From assembly GCF_009914755.1 (NCBI RefSeq), contig NC_060947.1: DNA of 64,000 nt; one strand, written 5' to 3'. Positions within the stretch are counted from its first letter, which is position 1; the number at the start of each line of letters is the position of its first letter. The DNA is from the human T2T-CHM13v2.0 reference genome, Homo sapiens. Positions 36,122 to 51,409 of the stretch are shown piece after piece. The position numbers and the translations under genes were made by a program. The notes under the pieces were generated by a model, which ran no database searches, had not been told where the DNA came from, and saw only the letters and a program-made list of their open reading frames with translations.

Positions 36122-37967
36122 TCAGAGGATGTATGAAAATGCCTGGATGCCCAGGCAGAAGTTTGCTGCAGGAGTGGGGCCCTCATGGATAACTCTGCTA
36201 GGGCAGTATGGAAGGGAAATGTGGGGTCAGAGCCCCCACACAGAGTCTCTACTGGGGCACCACCTAGTGGAGCTATGAGAAGAGGACCACCATCCTCCAC
36301 ACCCCAGAATGGTAGATCCACTGATGGCTTGCACTGTGCACCTGGAAAAGCTGCAGACACTCAACACCAGCCTGTGAAAGCAGCCAGGAGAGAAACTGTA
36401 TCCTGCAAAGCCACAAGAGTGAAGCTGCCCAAGTCCGTGGGAGCCCACCTCTTGCATCAGCATGACCTAGACATGAGACATGGAGTCAAAGGAGATCATT
36501 TTGAAGTTTTAAGATTTGACTGCCCTGCTGGATTTCAGGCTTGCATGGGGCCTGTAGCCCCTTTGTTTTGGCCAATTTCTTTCATTTGGAACAGCTGTAT
36601 TTACTCAATGCCTGTACCCCCATTGTATCTAGGAAGTAACTAATTTGCTTTTGATTTTACAGGCTCATAAGTGGAAGGGACTTGCCTTGTCTCAGATGAG
36701 ACTTTGGACTGTGGACTTTTGAGTTAATGCTGAAATGAGTTAAGACTTTGGGGGACTGTTGGGAAGGCATGATTCATTTTGAAATGTGAGGACATGAGAT
36801 TTGGGAGGGGAGAGGGCAGAATGCTATGGTTTGGCTGTTTCCCCACCCAAATCTCATCTTGAATTCCCACATGTTGTGGCAGGGACTCAGCGAGAGGTAA
36901 TTATTCAATTACAATAGGGGCAGGTCTTTCCTGTGCTGTTCTCGTGATAGTGAATAAGTCTCACAAGATCTGATAGTTTTTAAAGAGGTGTTTCCCTGCA
37001 CAAGCTCTCTTCTCTTGTCTGCTGCCATATGAGACATGGCTTTCACCTTGCACCATGATTGTGAGGCCTCCCTAGCCACGTGGAACTGTAAGTCCATTAA
37101 ACCTCCTCCTTTTGTACATTGCCCAGTCTTTGGTATGTCTTTATCAGCAGGGTGAAAACAGAGTATTACAATCTCCAAACCTAACTGTTATTATAATGTA
37201 ATGATCCATTTTCATCCTCACTTTCAGAGCTGGCCCTCTGGTGCCCAAAGCAGACTCCTGGGGTCCCTGTATTGGGCACTTACCCACTTCCTGCTGGCCG
37301 CAGCATGACACCTGATGCTCCTAGAGCAGCCAACTGAATTCCAGAAGAAAGGCTTCAGTGGTGTGTTTTCCAGAAGGAACCTGGCTCCTAGGATTAACAG
37401 TTGGGTCAAATCTCAAAAACTCTTTGCCCTTAACTACTGAAAACTTCCAGCATCTATAGCAGTCATAGTCACAAGATTTCCTTTAAATTTTTCAGCAATT
37501 GTTTTCCTAAGGCATTCTGTAAAGTCTGGCTTGAAGTTTGTTTAGTTGAGATAAAAATGTGTTTGACTGCACTCCAGCCTGAGAGACAGAGTGACATACT
37601 GTCTCAAAAATAAATAAACAAATAAGTTTTTTAAAACATGTTTGAGAACCACATTTTTCTCCAATGCTTTATTTTTTTCTTTAAATTTTTATATTCTTTA
37701 TTTTTGGGGATTAGAGACAATTTATCAAAGACACAATTGTACACAGCTTTGGAGTTTTTCCTTCTGGAGATTCTTTTTTTTCTTGCAAGATGAGAATTCC
37801 CCATGGTGCTCTTTCTGAAGACACTTATGACTTAAATGGAGTCAAACAAGTAAAAACTAAATTCCATTCTTAAAGTTCCTTCATTCAGTGCTGCAAACGC
37901 TGGTGTGCCAAATCATCGAGTGAGATTTTTTATCCTGTTCTGTGTTATTATTAAAAATGTATGAACA

Positions 37968-38268
37968 GGCGGGGCACAGTGGCTCACTCCTGTAATGCTA
38001 ACACTTTGAGAGGCTGAGGTGGGCAGATCACTTGAGCTCAGGAGTTTGAGACCAGCCTGGGCAACATGACAAAACCCCATCTCTACCAAAAATACAAAAA
38101 AAAAAAAATAGCTGGGCACGATGGCATGCACCCATAGTCCCAGCTACTCAGGAGGCTGAGGTAGGAGGATCACTTGAGCCTGAGAGGCAGAGGTTGCAGT
38201 GAGCTATGACTGCACCACTGCACTCCATCCTGAGTGGCAGAATGAGACTATGTCTCAGAAAAAAAAAA
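37968..38268 (+). mobile_element. Alu (J-like)
   Basis: Dimeric Alu with A-rich linker and tail. Confidence 0.9.
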
Positions 38269-39049
38269 GACTATTGTCTATTTTATATTCATTTTTAATT
38301 ACACAAACAAAACATGAATATAATCTCATTTTAAAATATTAAACAAATACGAATAAAATAAAAACCCCGTTTAGTCACTGTCTGGCCCCTCCCAATCACA
38401 CCCCCCTTTCTGAGAACATCTGTCCTGACATTTTTCTGCATATTTACCTGCATATATGTACACACACAATAGACAGTTTATCATGCCAGCTGTTTATCAT
38501 GCAACTTACTTTCTTCACATAACTAAGCGTGGGAGAATGTTGGGAGAGTGTTGTTAACTACAGGTCAGTATTTCATAGCATGAGCATAGTGAGGTTTATT
38601 TGACCCTTCCCCTTCTTGGTGAATATTCAGGTATTTTCCAGGGTTTTGCTAATAGAAACAATGCTGCAAGAGCCTTGCTCAGATCTCTTGTGCACAGGTG
38701 TGAGCTGTACAACAGATGCTGAGTTAGGTAGAGTGACACTACATTGCTTCAACAAAGAGACCTGCAATAAAGCAGTAGCTTAGAGAAAATTGAGGATCAT
38801 TTCTCATGGAAGTCTGAGCCATGTAGTCCTGGTTGATGGGGCAGCTGTGCTCCACACAGTCACTCACAGACCCCAGCTCCTCACATTGCCTTTTTCCTCT
38901 CTTCTTTAGGACAGCACTTCTCAAACGGTCTATGGTGAAAAGCCAGTTTATTTCATTCAATTGTGGAGTGAAATATTTTTTAACTTGCAATAAAGATGCC
39001 ATGGTGATATTCTGTTACTATAAAAGCCTTAATATCTGTACTAACCCAA

Positions 39050-39957
39050 TGTAAACTAAAAATAAAATCCTAAGCCCCCAGCTGACTGAACGGACCCCCT
39101 CTTGGCCAGGGGGACATTAGAAAACCTTAAAAATGAGTTCACAGCCATGATGAGACAGCAGGTCAGACATGCCTCCCTTTTGGAGATTAAACACAACAAC
39201 TAACCTGCATTGGTGTTAAAATAGAGATCATAAGACTGACAGAACACACTCTTGATGACAATTAGATGCGAAATTATAAACAGGACCTAAGGCCATGCCA
39301 CGCAAAGGTTAAGTCCCACACCCCTATACTTACAGAATGAACTGTGCTCTCACTGCCACAAGTTTTTCTTTTTCTCTAGCAGCTAAACAAGCACTGGCCT
39401 TGAAATAAGCAAGATTATAAACAATTGCAGCTCAGCCAGCTTCAGACATGGACTAACTGAACCCCTGTTCCACCAGGCATAACTACAGCTTTGATTGGAC
39501 AAGAGATTGATTTCAGTAACTTTCTCCTGATAAGACCAGCAGCCACATGCTTGTTCTTGCCAGTTTACAGAGATTTCATGCTTGAGTGACTTCATGTCCT
39601 GAAAAGACCTTTGGATGTATAGGACCTAACTGTAATACATTTAAATGTTAAGTCTCCACCCCAAAGTGAACATGGGTCATATGTTACATGCATGTTTGTT
39701 CAGTACACATGTGTCAGGACCCCCCTTTATGAATATTCATAGCTCTTCCTGTAACCTGTTGAATATGTATGTTTAGCTAACCTGTCCAGCACCAAGATCC
39801 TAGCCCAACCCCTCCTCCTTCAAAGTGCCTGTCTCTTGTCTTGGCCAGAGGCACGCTTCCCAGCCTGCAGGACGACCACCTTGCAAGCTGTAACCCTTAA
39901 AAAGAAGTAAAGTCTCCTTTCTCCTTTACAAATTTATAGATTTGTTTAAAAGTTAAT
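39050..39957 (+). mobile_element. ERV1 solo LTR (MER4-family-like)
   Basis: tgtaaactaaaaataaaatcctaagccccc...gactgaacggaccccctcttggcca start; internal CCAAT (gattgg); ~900 bp. Confidence 0.75.
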
Positions 39958-40519
39958 GCTGGTCATGGACCCACCACTAACAAACAATTTATGGGTGCAC
40001 AGTGGTTCAGGGACCCTGCTATAGCAGCTCCACTTGAGGAGGAGCTTGAGTGGGGAGTGGGCACCACACTCACCCCAAGGGATGCTGGGCAATCTCGTCT
40101 CACTGAGCAGCCTAGCACCCATGAATAATAGCCCTTGGGCCAGAGAGACAATGAGCAGTCTCACCCACAGATCCCCAGAAGTGGCATTTACTGGGTTCAA
40201 AAGGTACAGGCATTTTAAAAGTAGATTCTGGCAACGTTCCCTCCAAAAAAGCCTGTACCAAGTGGCAAGAGTTCCCATGTCCCCCCACCCTAGCCAAAAC
40301 CAACGGGCAAAAATGGCAGGTACTTCCTTATCATTTGCACTTCCCTGATTACTAGTGCAGTCAGGTTGAACATCTTTTTACTATTACAGACCATTCAATG
40401 GCATCTTCTGTAAACTGCTCTTTCATACTCTTTGCTGATTTCCCTATGGACATGCAGTTCTTTTTATATGCTTGATAGTAACCCTTTGTTATGTACATTG
40501 TAGATGCTTCTTCCACGGT

Positions 40520-40856
40520 GTTTTTTTGTTTTTGTTTGTTTGCTTGTTTGTTTTTGTTTTTGTTTTTGTTTTTTTGAGACGGAGTCTTGCTCTGTTGCCC
40601 AGGCTGGAGTGCAGTGGCGCGATATCGGCTCACTGCAAGCTCCACCTCCAGGGTTCATGCCATTCTCCTGCCTCAGCCTCCTGAGTAGCTGGGACTACAG
40701 GCACCTGCCACCACGCCCAGCTAATTTTTTGTATTTTTAGTAGAGATGGGGTTTCACCATGTTAGCCAGGATGGTCTCGATCTCCTGACCTCATGATCCG
40801 CCAGCCTCGGCCTCCCAAAGTGTTGGGATTACAAGCGTGAGCCACCGCGCCCAGCC
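40520..40856 (-). mobile_element. AluY-like with a (TTTG/TTTTTG)n tail
   Basis: cactgcaagctcc...gccattctcctgcc, gttagccaggatggtctcgatctcctgacctc. Confidence 0.92.
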
Positions 40857-42587
40857 CCACAGTTATTTTTAACTTAGTTAATGGCTCATTTATTGTCCTG
40901 TAGAAGTTATATTTTTCACAGTTATGTCCTCAAATGTATCAGGCTTTTCTTTTATGGTGTGTGCATTTTGTGCCTTACTTAATAACATCTTCTTTATCCT
41001 CTAGTCTTGTTTTTATAAATTTGCTTGTATAGTTTTCTTTTTTATAGTTTTGTTTTTTATGTTTAGACTTTTTGTTAATCACTCAGGAATATTGTCTTTT
41101 CTATGATCTATAGTTAGAATCTATTATTTTGTTTTCCTTACATGAATAACCAATTGTCCCAACACCATCCTTCCCCCGATTATTTGAAATGCCAAGTTCA
41201 TCACGTAGAAAGTAAGCTCCATGCTTCCATGAGGGCAGAGGCTTTGTTTTCCTCACCCCTAAAATAATGTCTGGCACGTCATGATTTGTCAACTGAATGG
41301 ATGGATGAATGAATGAATGAACGAATGAATTCTAAATAGCCAAATTTTCATGGGCGTGTTTCTGGAATTTCTGTTGTCCTATCAATTAATATGATGATTC
41401 TTGCTTCAATACTCTACTGTTTTAACTATTGCTTTATAAGTTTTGATATCTAGTAGGTTCTTTCTTTTAAGATTTTTTGCCAATCTTGTACATTTCTCTT
41501 CCAAATTGATTTAAGATTTGCCTCACAGGTTCTATTGAAATCCTTTGAGGATTATTATTGGGGTTGCATTAAAGTTATAGATTAATTTCAGAAGAGCAGA
41601 CGTCTTTCAAAGTTGAATCTTTCTATCCAATAACATGATATATCTTATCATTTATTCAGGCTACTTTTATGTCCTGTAGTGAGTTTTTATATTTTTCTTT
41701 ATATCAGTCTTATGCATTTTTATGCCTTTTAAGTTCAAATGATTTTATAGTTTGCGTTGTTCTGGGGATTACAAGGTTTTTAAAAATAGTATATTGGTTA
41801 ATTGGTCATTGCAGGAAAGGTAGAGCCTGTGAAAACATCTCATATGAACACTAAAGATTTGTCAGGTGCTTCTTTTAGATTCTTTAGAAAATGAGCACAA
41901 CATAGCTGAATAATTATAGTCTTTTCTAGTCCAACATTTATACTCTGTATTTCCTTCTTGTCTCGCATTGATCAGGCTGAGTCCATTACTAAAAGTTGGC
42001 AAGGATGCTGTAAATAGATGCTGAATTTTATCAAATGCTTTTCCTACATCAGTTGAGATAATATATTATGTTTTCCCTTTAACCAGTAATGAAGTGAATT
42101 ACATTAATAACTGTGTTAATATTGATCTATCTTTGCATTATTTGAGGGAACCCGTACTTTGACATGATAAAGGATCCTTGTAATGTCCTCATGGATATGA
42201 GGTATCTTTGTGTTTTTGTTCATGAGGAAGATTGATCTACACAGTGCTTTTACTGTGCAATCTGATTCCAATTTTGGTATCAGGGTTATAATAGCCTCAT
42301 AAAATGGGTTTGGATGCTTTCCATCTTTTTCAATGCAGAGAAGGGTTTGTACAATATGAGAATTACCTATTTCAATTCAGATTTAGCAGAATTTAACCAT
42401 ATAACCACCTGGGTCTGATGCAATATTGAAGCATAGATCTTTGACTATCTTTACATTTCTTCTATGGATATTGGTTTATTCTGATTTTCTACTTCTTGAC
42501 CAATTATTATAATTTGTATTTTCCTAGAAAATTTTCTATTTTATCTATATTTTCTAATGTATTCACATAAAACTATATATAGTATTA

Positions 42588-42854
42588 TTTTTTTGTGTGT
42601 GAGACAGAGTCTTGCTCTGTCACCCACGCTGGAGTGCAGTAGCACAGTCTCGGCTCACTGCAACCTCCGCCTCCTGGGTTCAAGTGATTCTCCTGTCTCA
42701 GCCCCCTGAGTAGCTGGGATTACAGGCATGTGCCACCATGCCTGACTAATTTTTGTATTTTTAGTAGAGATGGGGTTTCTCCATGTTGCCCAGGCTGGTC
42801 TCTAACTCCTAACCTCAGGTGATCTGCCCACCTCAGTCTTCATTGCACCTGGCC
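42588..42854 (-). mobile_element. AluS with a short internal deletion near its 5' end
   Basis: Alu consensus; cctcagtctt|cattgcacctggcc lacks the cccaaagtgctgggattacagg block; TSD tatatatagtatt. Confidence 0.88.
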
Positions 42855-44257
42855 TATATATAGTATTCTCTTACAAGTTTTAGAAAAATTGACTCTGCAT
42901 CTGAAGTTTACACCCTGTCCTGTTTCTCATTATATTTATTTGTTTTTTCACCTTCTTTTCTCCTGACCAATATCTCTATGAATTTGTGCATTTTTAAATA
43001 TTGGTCTTTTCAACTATTCTGGGCTTTTTGCAATTTATTTATTTTATTAATTATTATTTTCAGTATTGGGGGCTTTCCTTTGGTTACTAATTTCTTATTT
43101 TAGTGTTTTGGATTCAATAAATATGATTTCTGCCTTTGAACTTGAGATTTTCTTTGTGACCAAATATGTAGTCAGTCTTGGATAATGTTTCATATACTTT
43201 TGAGAAGAAACTCTGCGTTATCTGATTGTCAGATGCAGTTATACACACTGTGCACCTCTTAGGTCAAGCTCCTGACTTGCGTTATTCAGATCCTCTATAT
43301 ACTTATTTATTTTGTTGTTTCCTTGGTCTGTCAGTTCCTGAGAGAAGTATAGTAAGTCTCTTTCACTCTGACTACGAACTTGTCAATTTTTTCTGAACTT
43401 CTATCAAGTTTTTGTTTCACATGTTATGAAACTATATTGGGCACCAAGCCTTTAAGCTTGTGTCTTTTACATATAGGAATAGTCATATTTGTCCCTGAGA
43501 AAGTTTTTTGCTTTGGGCTCCATTTTACATGATAGTAGTATTGTTCTACCTGCTTTCTCTCTGTTAGTATTTTCCCGGCATTTTTAAAATCCATTTATTT
43601 TGACTCTTCTCATTATTTGTTTTGTAAAGAGACCCTGAGTTTGTTGGGAGTAGTAGTGTTGCAAGTTTCAAATCTACATTTCCCATCCTTCCTTGCAGAT
43701 AGGGGTGGCCAGTAAAATGAGAGTGAAAGTCACTGGGTGGAGCTTCTGGAAGGTTCCTGACAGTGGGCTGAATTACCAGGAGCTGCCCTGTTTGATCCCC
43801 ACACTTTCTCTTTCTCCTAACCTAGAACACATATTTGATGGCTGGAGCTTCAGCAGCTATGTTGGTGCGGATAGAGAAAAAAAGCCAAGAAAATCGTAAA
43901 GATCTCTCTTGACATCCTCAAGCAACTAACAAAAGCCAGCAACTGCCTACTTCCTTATGTCTCCATACGTGGAAAAAATAAACTCTTTTGTGTTTAAATC
44001 CCCACTGCTGGTTTTCTGTTACTCCATTGAACACAGTTCCTAATTAATACATTGCCTGTGGAGGCAACCAGTATTACCCAGTTTTTGTTTATTCTTCTAG
44101 AGATATTCTTTTTACTGTCATCACTTTAAGTATATTTTCAACTTTTTATAATGGGCAATTTCAGACATACGCAATAAATAGCACATGGTATAATGAACCT
44201 CCACGTACCCACCACCCAACTTCAACAATTATCCATTGACATTCTATGCATGTACAT

Positions 44258-44258
<1 letters not shown>

Positions 44259-44304
<46 letters not shown>
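44259..44304. repeat. (CA)n microsatellite
   Basis: Read directly. Confidence 0.95.
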
Positions 44305-44305
<1 letters not shown>

Positions 44306-45321
44306 TCCTATTTTATACAAATGCTAGCATGCTACTCACACTGTGCTTTACTTTTCTTTCTTAAATTAACAATGTGTGTTGGAGATGGTTTATATCAGCA
44401 CCTAATTTCTTCATTCTCTTTAATGTCCATCTAGTATTCTTTTATCTTTTCACAAAAATATATCTGTAGAATCAATTCCTGCATGTGCAATTGCTGGGTC
44501 AAAAGGTACACAATTTGTAATTTTGATAGATGTTGCCAAATTACCCCCACAGAAGTCGTACCAGGTCCAACTCCCAAAAGTAACATAGGACAGTGCCTAT
44601 TTGCCCACACTCTTGCCAACATTGGGTGCTATCAAACTTTTCTACTTTTGCCAGTCTGATAAATGAAAGCAGGTAGTTTTGATTTGGATTTCTCTTATTT
44701 GGAAGTCATTTGTATTTCTCTCCCGTGAACCGTATTCCTAGTTTATGCCTGTTTTGCTATTGTGTTGCTGTCATTTTTCTTACTATTTTGTAGGAACTAT
44801 TAAATAATAGGAAAACTAGCCTCCTTGTCTCCAACAGGAATTGCAAATAATTTTCCCGGTTTAACATTTGCCCTGGACTTTGCTGGCAGGAAGTTTTGTG
44901 TTGAAGAAACTTTTCGTTTTTATGTACTGAATTAATCAAGCTTCTCTGTTTTGGCTTCTGTCATACTTTAAAAGGCCTTCTCTCTTCCAACATATTTTAA
45001 ATGTCCCATATTTTCTTCCAATATTTTTATAGCTTTATTTTTTTAATCTTTAAATCTGATCCATCCAGAATTTAGTTGGTTGCACATTATGATGTGGGAT
45101 TCAACTTCACATTTTTCCCAGATGGCCACCTACTTATCCCTACACCATTTATTGAATAACCCATCTTTCCCCAAGGAACTGAAATAACATTTCTATCATA
45201 TTCTAAATCCTCGTTTGTATTTGGATGTATTTTAGACTTTCTGTTTTTTCTATTGTTCTGTCTTCTATTCATATATTAGTACTACACAGTTCTTTTAAAT
45301 TACTCTCAATTTATGTTTTAA

Positions 45322-45968
45322 TATAAGTATTATATTAAATATTACATCAAACATAATATTATGTTATAGTAAGTATTATATTAAATATTACCTCACACAT
45401 GTTATAAGTATTGTATTAAATATTACATCAAACATATATTATGTTATAAGTATTATATTAAATATTACATCAAACATGTTATAAGTATTATATTAAATAT
45501 TACATCAAACATATATTATTATAAGTATTATATTAAATATCACATCAAGCATATATTATGTTATAAGTATTATATTAAATGTTATATCAAACATATATTA
45601 TTATGTTATAGTATTATATTAAATATTACCTCACACGTTATAAGTATTGTATTAAATATTACATCAAACATATATCATTATAAGTATTATATTAAATATT
45701 ACATCAAACATGTTATAATAAGTATTATATTAAATATTACATCAAACATATATTATGTTATAAGTATTATATTAAATATTACATCAAACATATATCGTTA
45801 TAAGTATTATATTAAATATGACATCAAAATATTATGTTATAGTATTATATTAAATATTACCTCACACATGTAAGTATTGTATTAAATATTACATCAAACA
45901 TTATGTTATAAGTATTATATTAAATATCACATCAAACATATATTATTATGTTATAATAAGCATTATAT
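45322..45968. repeat. AT-rich minisatellite, ~37-45-bp unit
   Basis: Repeated taagtattatattaaatattacatcaaacatatattatgtta; about 16 units with recurring variants (attacctcacac, tattgtatt). Confidence 0.92.
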
Positions 45969-46396
45969 TGGTAGGACTAGTGCCCCTCTCATTAGTCTTC
46001 CTTTTCAGAATACTTCTGGCTAATTTTACTCCTTTAGTTTTCTACACCAATGTTAGAATCATCTTGACGAATTCCAAAATCTTCTGTGGTTGTGTGTGTG
46101 GGATCATCTTTAATTTAGAGATTGATGTAGGGAAATTTTGCTTCTTTATGAAGTTGACTTTTTCTATCTGAGAACATTATAGACCGTTCCATTCACTCAG
46201 GCCTTTTTTGATGGCCCTGAGGAACATTTTAAAATTTCTTTACATAGATCTTGCACATTTCTTGTTAAATTTATTTCAAGGTATTTTATTGTTTTTATTA
46301 AATGGCATCTTTTTTTTTATTGTATGTTCTAACTTATTGTTTGTCTCAATGATTTTGTACCCATACAACTTACTGAATTCTCCTTACTCTTCGTAA

Positions 46397-46728
<332 letters not shown>

Positions 46729-47374
46729 CTACTCTTTGTAACTTTTTTAGTAGATTCCCTTAGATTTTTCCTGATGCAGAGACATATATATAATAGATAA
46801 TCTGCAAATAATCATTGTTTGAATTCTGCTTGCTAATGTCCCAACTTTTCAGATTGTGAAATACAGCCTAGATACAGAGGACTGTGTAAATCATATATAT
46901 TTTTTACATGCATTTTCTGCACTTTAAAACTCTACAGTTATAAAGTGAACATACTCAGCTAACCCCCTGGACCCCAGATCAAGGGCTAGAGCCTTGGCCG
47001 CCACCCCAGCCCAGAGTGTGTCCCTTGCAATCACCTTCTTATTAAATTTTTCGTAATCTTTTCCTTGCTTTGCATCAGAGTTTTGCCACTGAAGCACACA
47101 TCCATCCATAAATCATATGATTCCACTTTGCTGTTTTTGAACTTTACATAACTGTAACTGTAATGTATGTTTTTTGTGTGTCTTGCTTCTTTCATGCATC
47201 ACTGTGTCTTTAAAATCCATCCTTACTATAGCATACTTAGAGTGTATTCCTTTGCATCCCGGTAGAGTATTCCATTGTACAACATTACCATGATGTATTT
47301 ATCCATCCCACCCCTGCTGAGTATTTGGTTTATTTTCAGCCACCAAATGCTGTGATGAACCATTGTACAATTTT

Positions 47375-47820
47375 CCTGTGGCTGCTGCAACAAAATACCA
47401 CAAAGTGGTCGACTTACAATAACAAAAATGGATTCTCCCACAGTTCTGGAAGCTGGAAATCCAAGATCAAGGCATCAGCAGAGCCACACTTCCCCTGAGG
47501 GTTTGAGGAGAGATTCTCTTTCTTGCTTCTTCCTCCAGCTTCTGGTGCTCCAGGCTTGAGGCCACATCACTCCACTTTCTACTTCCATATTCACAAAGCC
47601 TCTCTCAAGTGGCCTCAGGCCTTTCTCTTATAAGGACACTTCTCATTGGGTTTAGGGCCCACGTGGATAACCAAGGATGATGTAATCTCAAGATCCTTAA
47701 CTTAATTACATCCACAAAGACCATTTTCCCAAATAAGATCCCATTCATGGTGCCTAGGGATTAGGACGTGGGCATGTATCATTTTTGTTGTGGAGTAGGG
47801 GGCACCATTCAATGTATTGC
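47375..47820 (-). mobile_element. MLT1 (MaLR) LTR
   Basis: cctgtggctgctgcaacaaaataccacaaa...tctcttataaggacacttctcattggg...atccttaacttaattacatc. Confidence 0.75.
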
Positions 47821-49515
47821 AACCGTCTACACTTGCTTTCTGGGGCCCACATACACAAGTGTCTCTAGAGTTTGTATACTTAGCAGTGGAACTGCTGGGT
47901 CATAGGGGAAGTGTGTCTTCAATATTACTACGGGATGCCAACCCTTTTCCCAACGCACACTCCCACCAGCAGTGTGGGAAGTTTCCACTGCTGCACAGCT
48001 TTGCCAACTTGCAACTGTGATACCTTTTGGTTTCTGCCAGTCGGGTGGGTGTGTAATGGTATCTCCCACTAACGTCAACTTATAGTTCTGAAATGACAAA
48101 TGAGGTCGGGCACTTTTCATATGTTGTGAAGAATTGTCTGTTCAAGACTTTGGCCCATTTTTCTATTGTAGTCTATGTATTTTTCTTATTTTTTGTTCCT
48201 TCTATCTTCTAGTTACGAGAACTTAGTTACATGTTTGTTTCCCTTCTGTTCTCCAAATCTCCCATCAGAATCTCTCATGTTGCCCATCTCACCAAAACCT
48301 ATAAGAAAGGGAATTCTGGAAAACATAGTTCAGGCTAGCCAAGTTGACACATTACAAAGCCACCTCAATCCATTTCTTGAACTCTCCTCAAATTACTCAG
48401 TCTGCACGTGACAGTCATTTCCTGTCAGACAGCTGACTGTTACAGAAGTGTAGCATGTTTTATCATTCAATAAAATATTTATTAATTCCCATGTTACTGT
48501 CCTTGAGCCCTGGATGATTTCAATGTGCATTTCTTCTTTTCTAAACACGTGGGGATTTTTCTAGTTATATACAGTGAGCTTCTTCCTCTCTGCAGTGAGG
48601 GAGATGTGCGCCATCTCAGAGAAAGTACGTTAGAAAAAAACCTATTAGATTTGGACTTTTGTGGGGTATTTTGAGGAGGGCCCGAGGAAGCCAGGGTTTG
48701 CTCTAAGCACTGTCAGAGAGCGAGGACAAGTCTATGATTGGGTATCTTAGTAAATCTTTTCTCTGGGGAGGGCAGGCTAGAACAAAGCTAAAGCTGTAAT
48801 TTGTAAAGAAGCAGCAGTCACCCACACTAGCCAAGCAGGAGGAGGACGTTTGGTATTTTGTGGGTTGCACGTTAACCTTGTTTTTATCTGCACTTAGACA
48901 AAATAATGAAGTGGCCTTGCTTTGTCTCATTTTCTCATGGTCTCCAAGTAACCTTGTCTGAGGTTAGTATTCTGGGAGATTGTTTATGTCCAATAGGAGA
49001 ACAGCATGGCCTCCCTGCAAGGGCCAGGCCAGCTTCCAAATGTCAGGGTCTGCTGTTTATTTTCCCTTTCTCTTGGGTTTCTAGCTTAATGACACTGTGG
49101 TCAGAGATCACGCTCTGAATGATTTTAACCCTTTGAAACATGGTAAGATTTGCTTTAAGTTCCAGTTTGTGGTTGGTTTTTATAAATATTCCATGTGTGC
49201 CCAAGAGAATGTGCAGTCTGCAGTTGGGTGTGATGTTCCACATATGCCCATTAGGTTAAGCTGCCAGTTCCTGTTCAAAACCATATCCTAACTTGTATTT
49301 TGTTTGCTTGATTTACCAATTACCGACAGAGGTGTGTTAAAGTCTTCCAACACTACATATGAATTAGTCTTGGAAAAAAAAAAATGAACTCACATCTGAT
49401 TAACCTTCTGAATCCAACTACCAACACAGAAAATACAGAGTTTACTACCCTACAGGGCTGCAGCCATTAATATCCAGACTGTGGGGAATGCCACAGTATG
49501 AATAACACTGTTTTA

Positions 49516-49881
<366 letters not shown>

Positions 49882-50032
49882 CATAAAACCACTATCAATC
49901 AATTTATGAACCTCAGATGGCTTCTTATCCAAACAAACTATAAAGGAAATATGTGACAATGGAGAGCTTGAATACCGACTGGCTATTTGACAATAATTAG
50001 AAATTATCACTAATTCTTAGTGTGATCATGTC

Positions 50033-50379
50033 ATCATAGGATGTCTGGACTTTGCCTCAAAATACTTCAGGAAATTCTGGGAAGATGGCAGTGGCATAGC
50101 TCTCTAATCTCCCCAAATCCTTGCATAAAACAGAACCGGTGGCAGAATCAAAACTCCAAAGACAACATTTACAACAGTGCAAGCTGGAAAGGTCTTCCTA
50201 ATGAGCTCCAAAATACAAGTCGGTGGGTGCAAACCACCAAGAGCCACAAAATCCACAGAGCAGCCTGAGTGCAGGGTTCTGTTTTATGTGAGGATTTGGG
50301 GAGATTAAAGATTCATGCCACTGCCATCTTCCCAGAATTTCTTGAATTATTTTGAAGCAAAGTCCAGACATCCTATGAT
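50033..50379. repeat. 105-bp inverted repeat with a 137-bp spacer
   Basis: 50033-50137 versus the reverse complement of 50275-50379; 96/105 identical by manual alignment. Confidence 0.92.
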
Positions 50380-51409
50380 TTCTCTCATAGATTGTAAGTG
50401 TGGGCCTATAAAACATACTCTATTAACATAACTACAATGCCAAGATCATATTAAGCCCAGGGAACAAAAGGACAGGTGACTGACTTGAGAACAGGGGACA
50501 CCAAAGTAGTCAACAGGTGCTCATTGGAAAACCAGGCAGGCCAATTTGAGAACAGCAGCTCAGTCTGGGAGGGGTTTTGCTGAAGGCAATGGCAAGTGAA
50601 CAAAAGGGGCCCTCAGTAAGGTCTGGCCTCTGTGAGTACCTGAAACCTGCCAGACAGTGCTCCCTTCTAGGATAGAGCCCCACACTGGGGGAAACTGCTG
50701 GAGAGAAGCTGAAATCAAGGAAAACACAGAGAGCAGAGCCAAAAGAAAGAGGAGATCTAGCTCAAGGTCAGCTGGAGGAATTGAGCCAGAAGTTTCAGAA
50801 GGCACACCACCACATTTTTTATCATTAAAAGAAAACAATGAAAGAAAGAGGGAGATGGGTGAAGTTAGAAAAGCTATCCTGAACCATGCCTCCTTCTAAA
50901 AGTTAAAGAAAAATAATTTCACATGAAAACTATCGTGATAAAATCCCATACCTTTTCTTATAATGAAAGCTGTTTGGAAAAAAAAAAAAAAAAGCTGTAC
51001 TGTAAGAAAAAAAAAAAAAGCAAATAAAGAACAGATTCCTATCTATCTGAAAAGAACAGATTCCTATCTGGAAAGACAGCAAGCACACCAGAAAGTTATG
51101 TCCTCAAAACAAATCCAAACTAGAATTACGATTTCCCAAACAAGCAGAAAGAAATTAAGAAAGTAATGCAAGACATGAAAGAAAAACATAAATCAGAATT
51201 AGCAAAACTCGGAAATTAGGTGATAGGACTCAGGAAAGAATTAGAAACAAGATTTTTAAATGTTAAAAATGAAAACTAAATTGGAAGGAGCACAAAAACA
51301 CAACAGATAATGTATTGAGGGACATAAAAGGTGAAAGCAAGGACTTTTTTTAGCACAAGAAATAATGAAGAAATAGATTAAAAGGATTTGAGACAAAGTG
51401 ACAAATATC

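Noticed and set aside
51026-51069. 25-bp-period duplication of aaagaacagattcctatct
   Set aside because: Small slippage duplication next to poly(A) runs in L1-like sequence.
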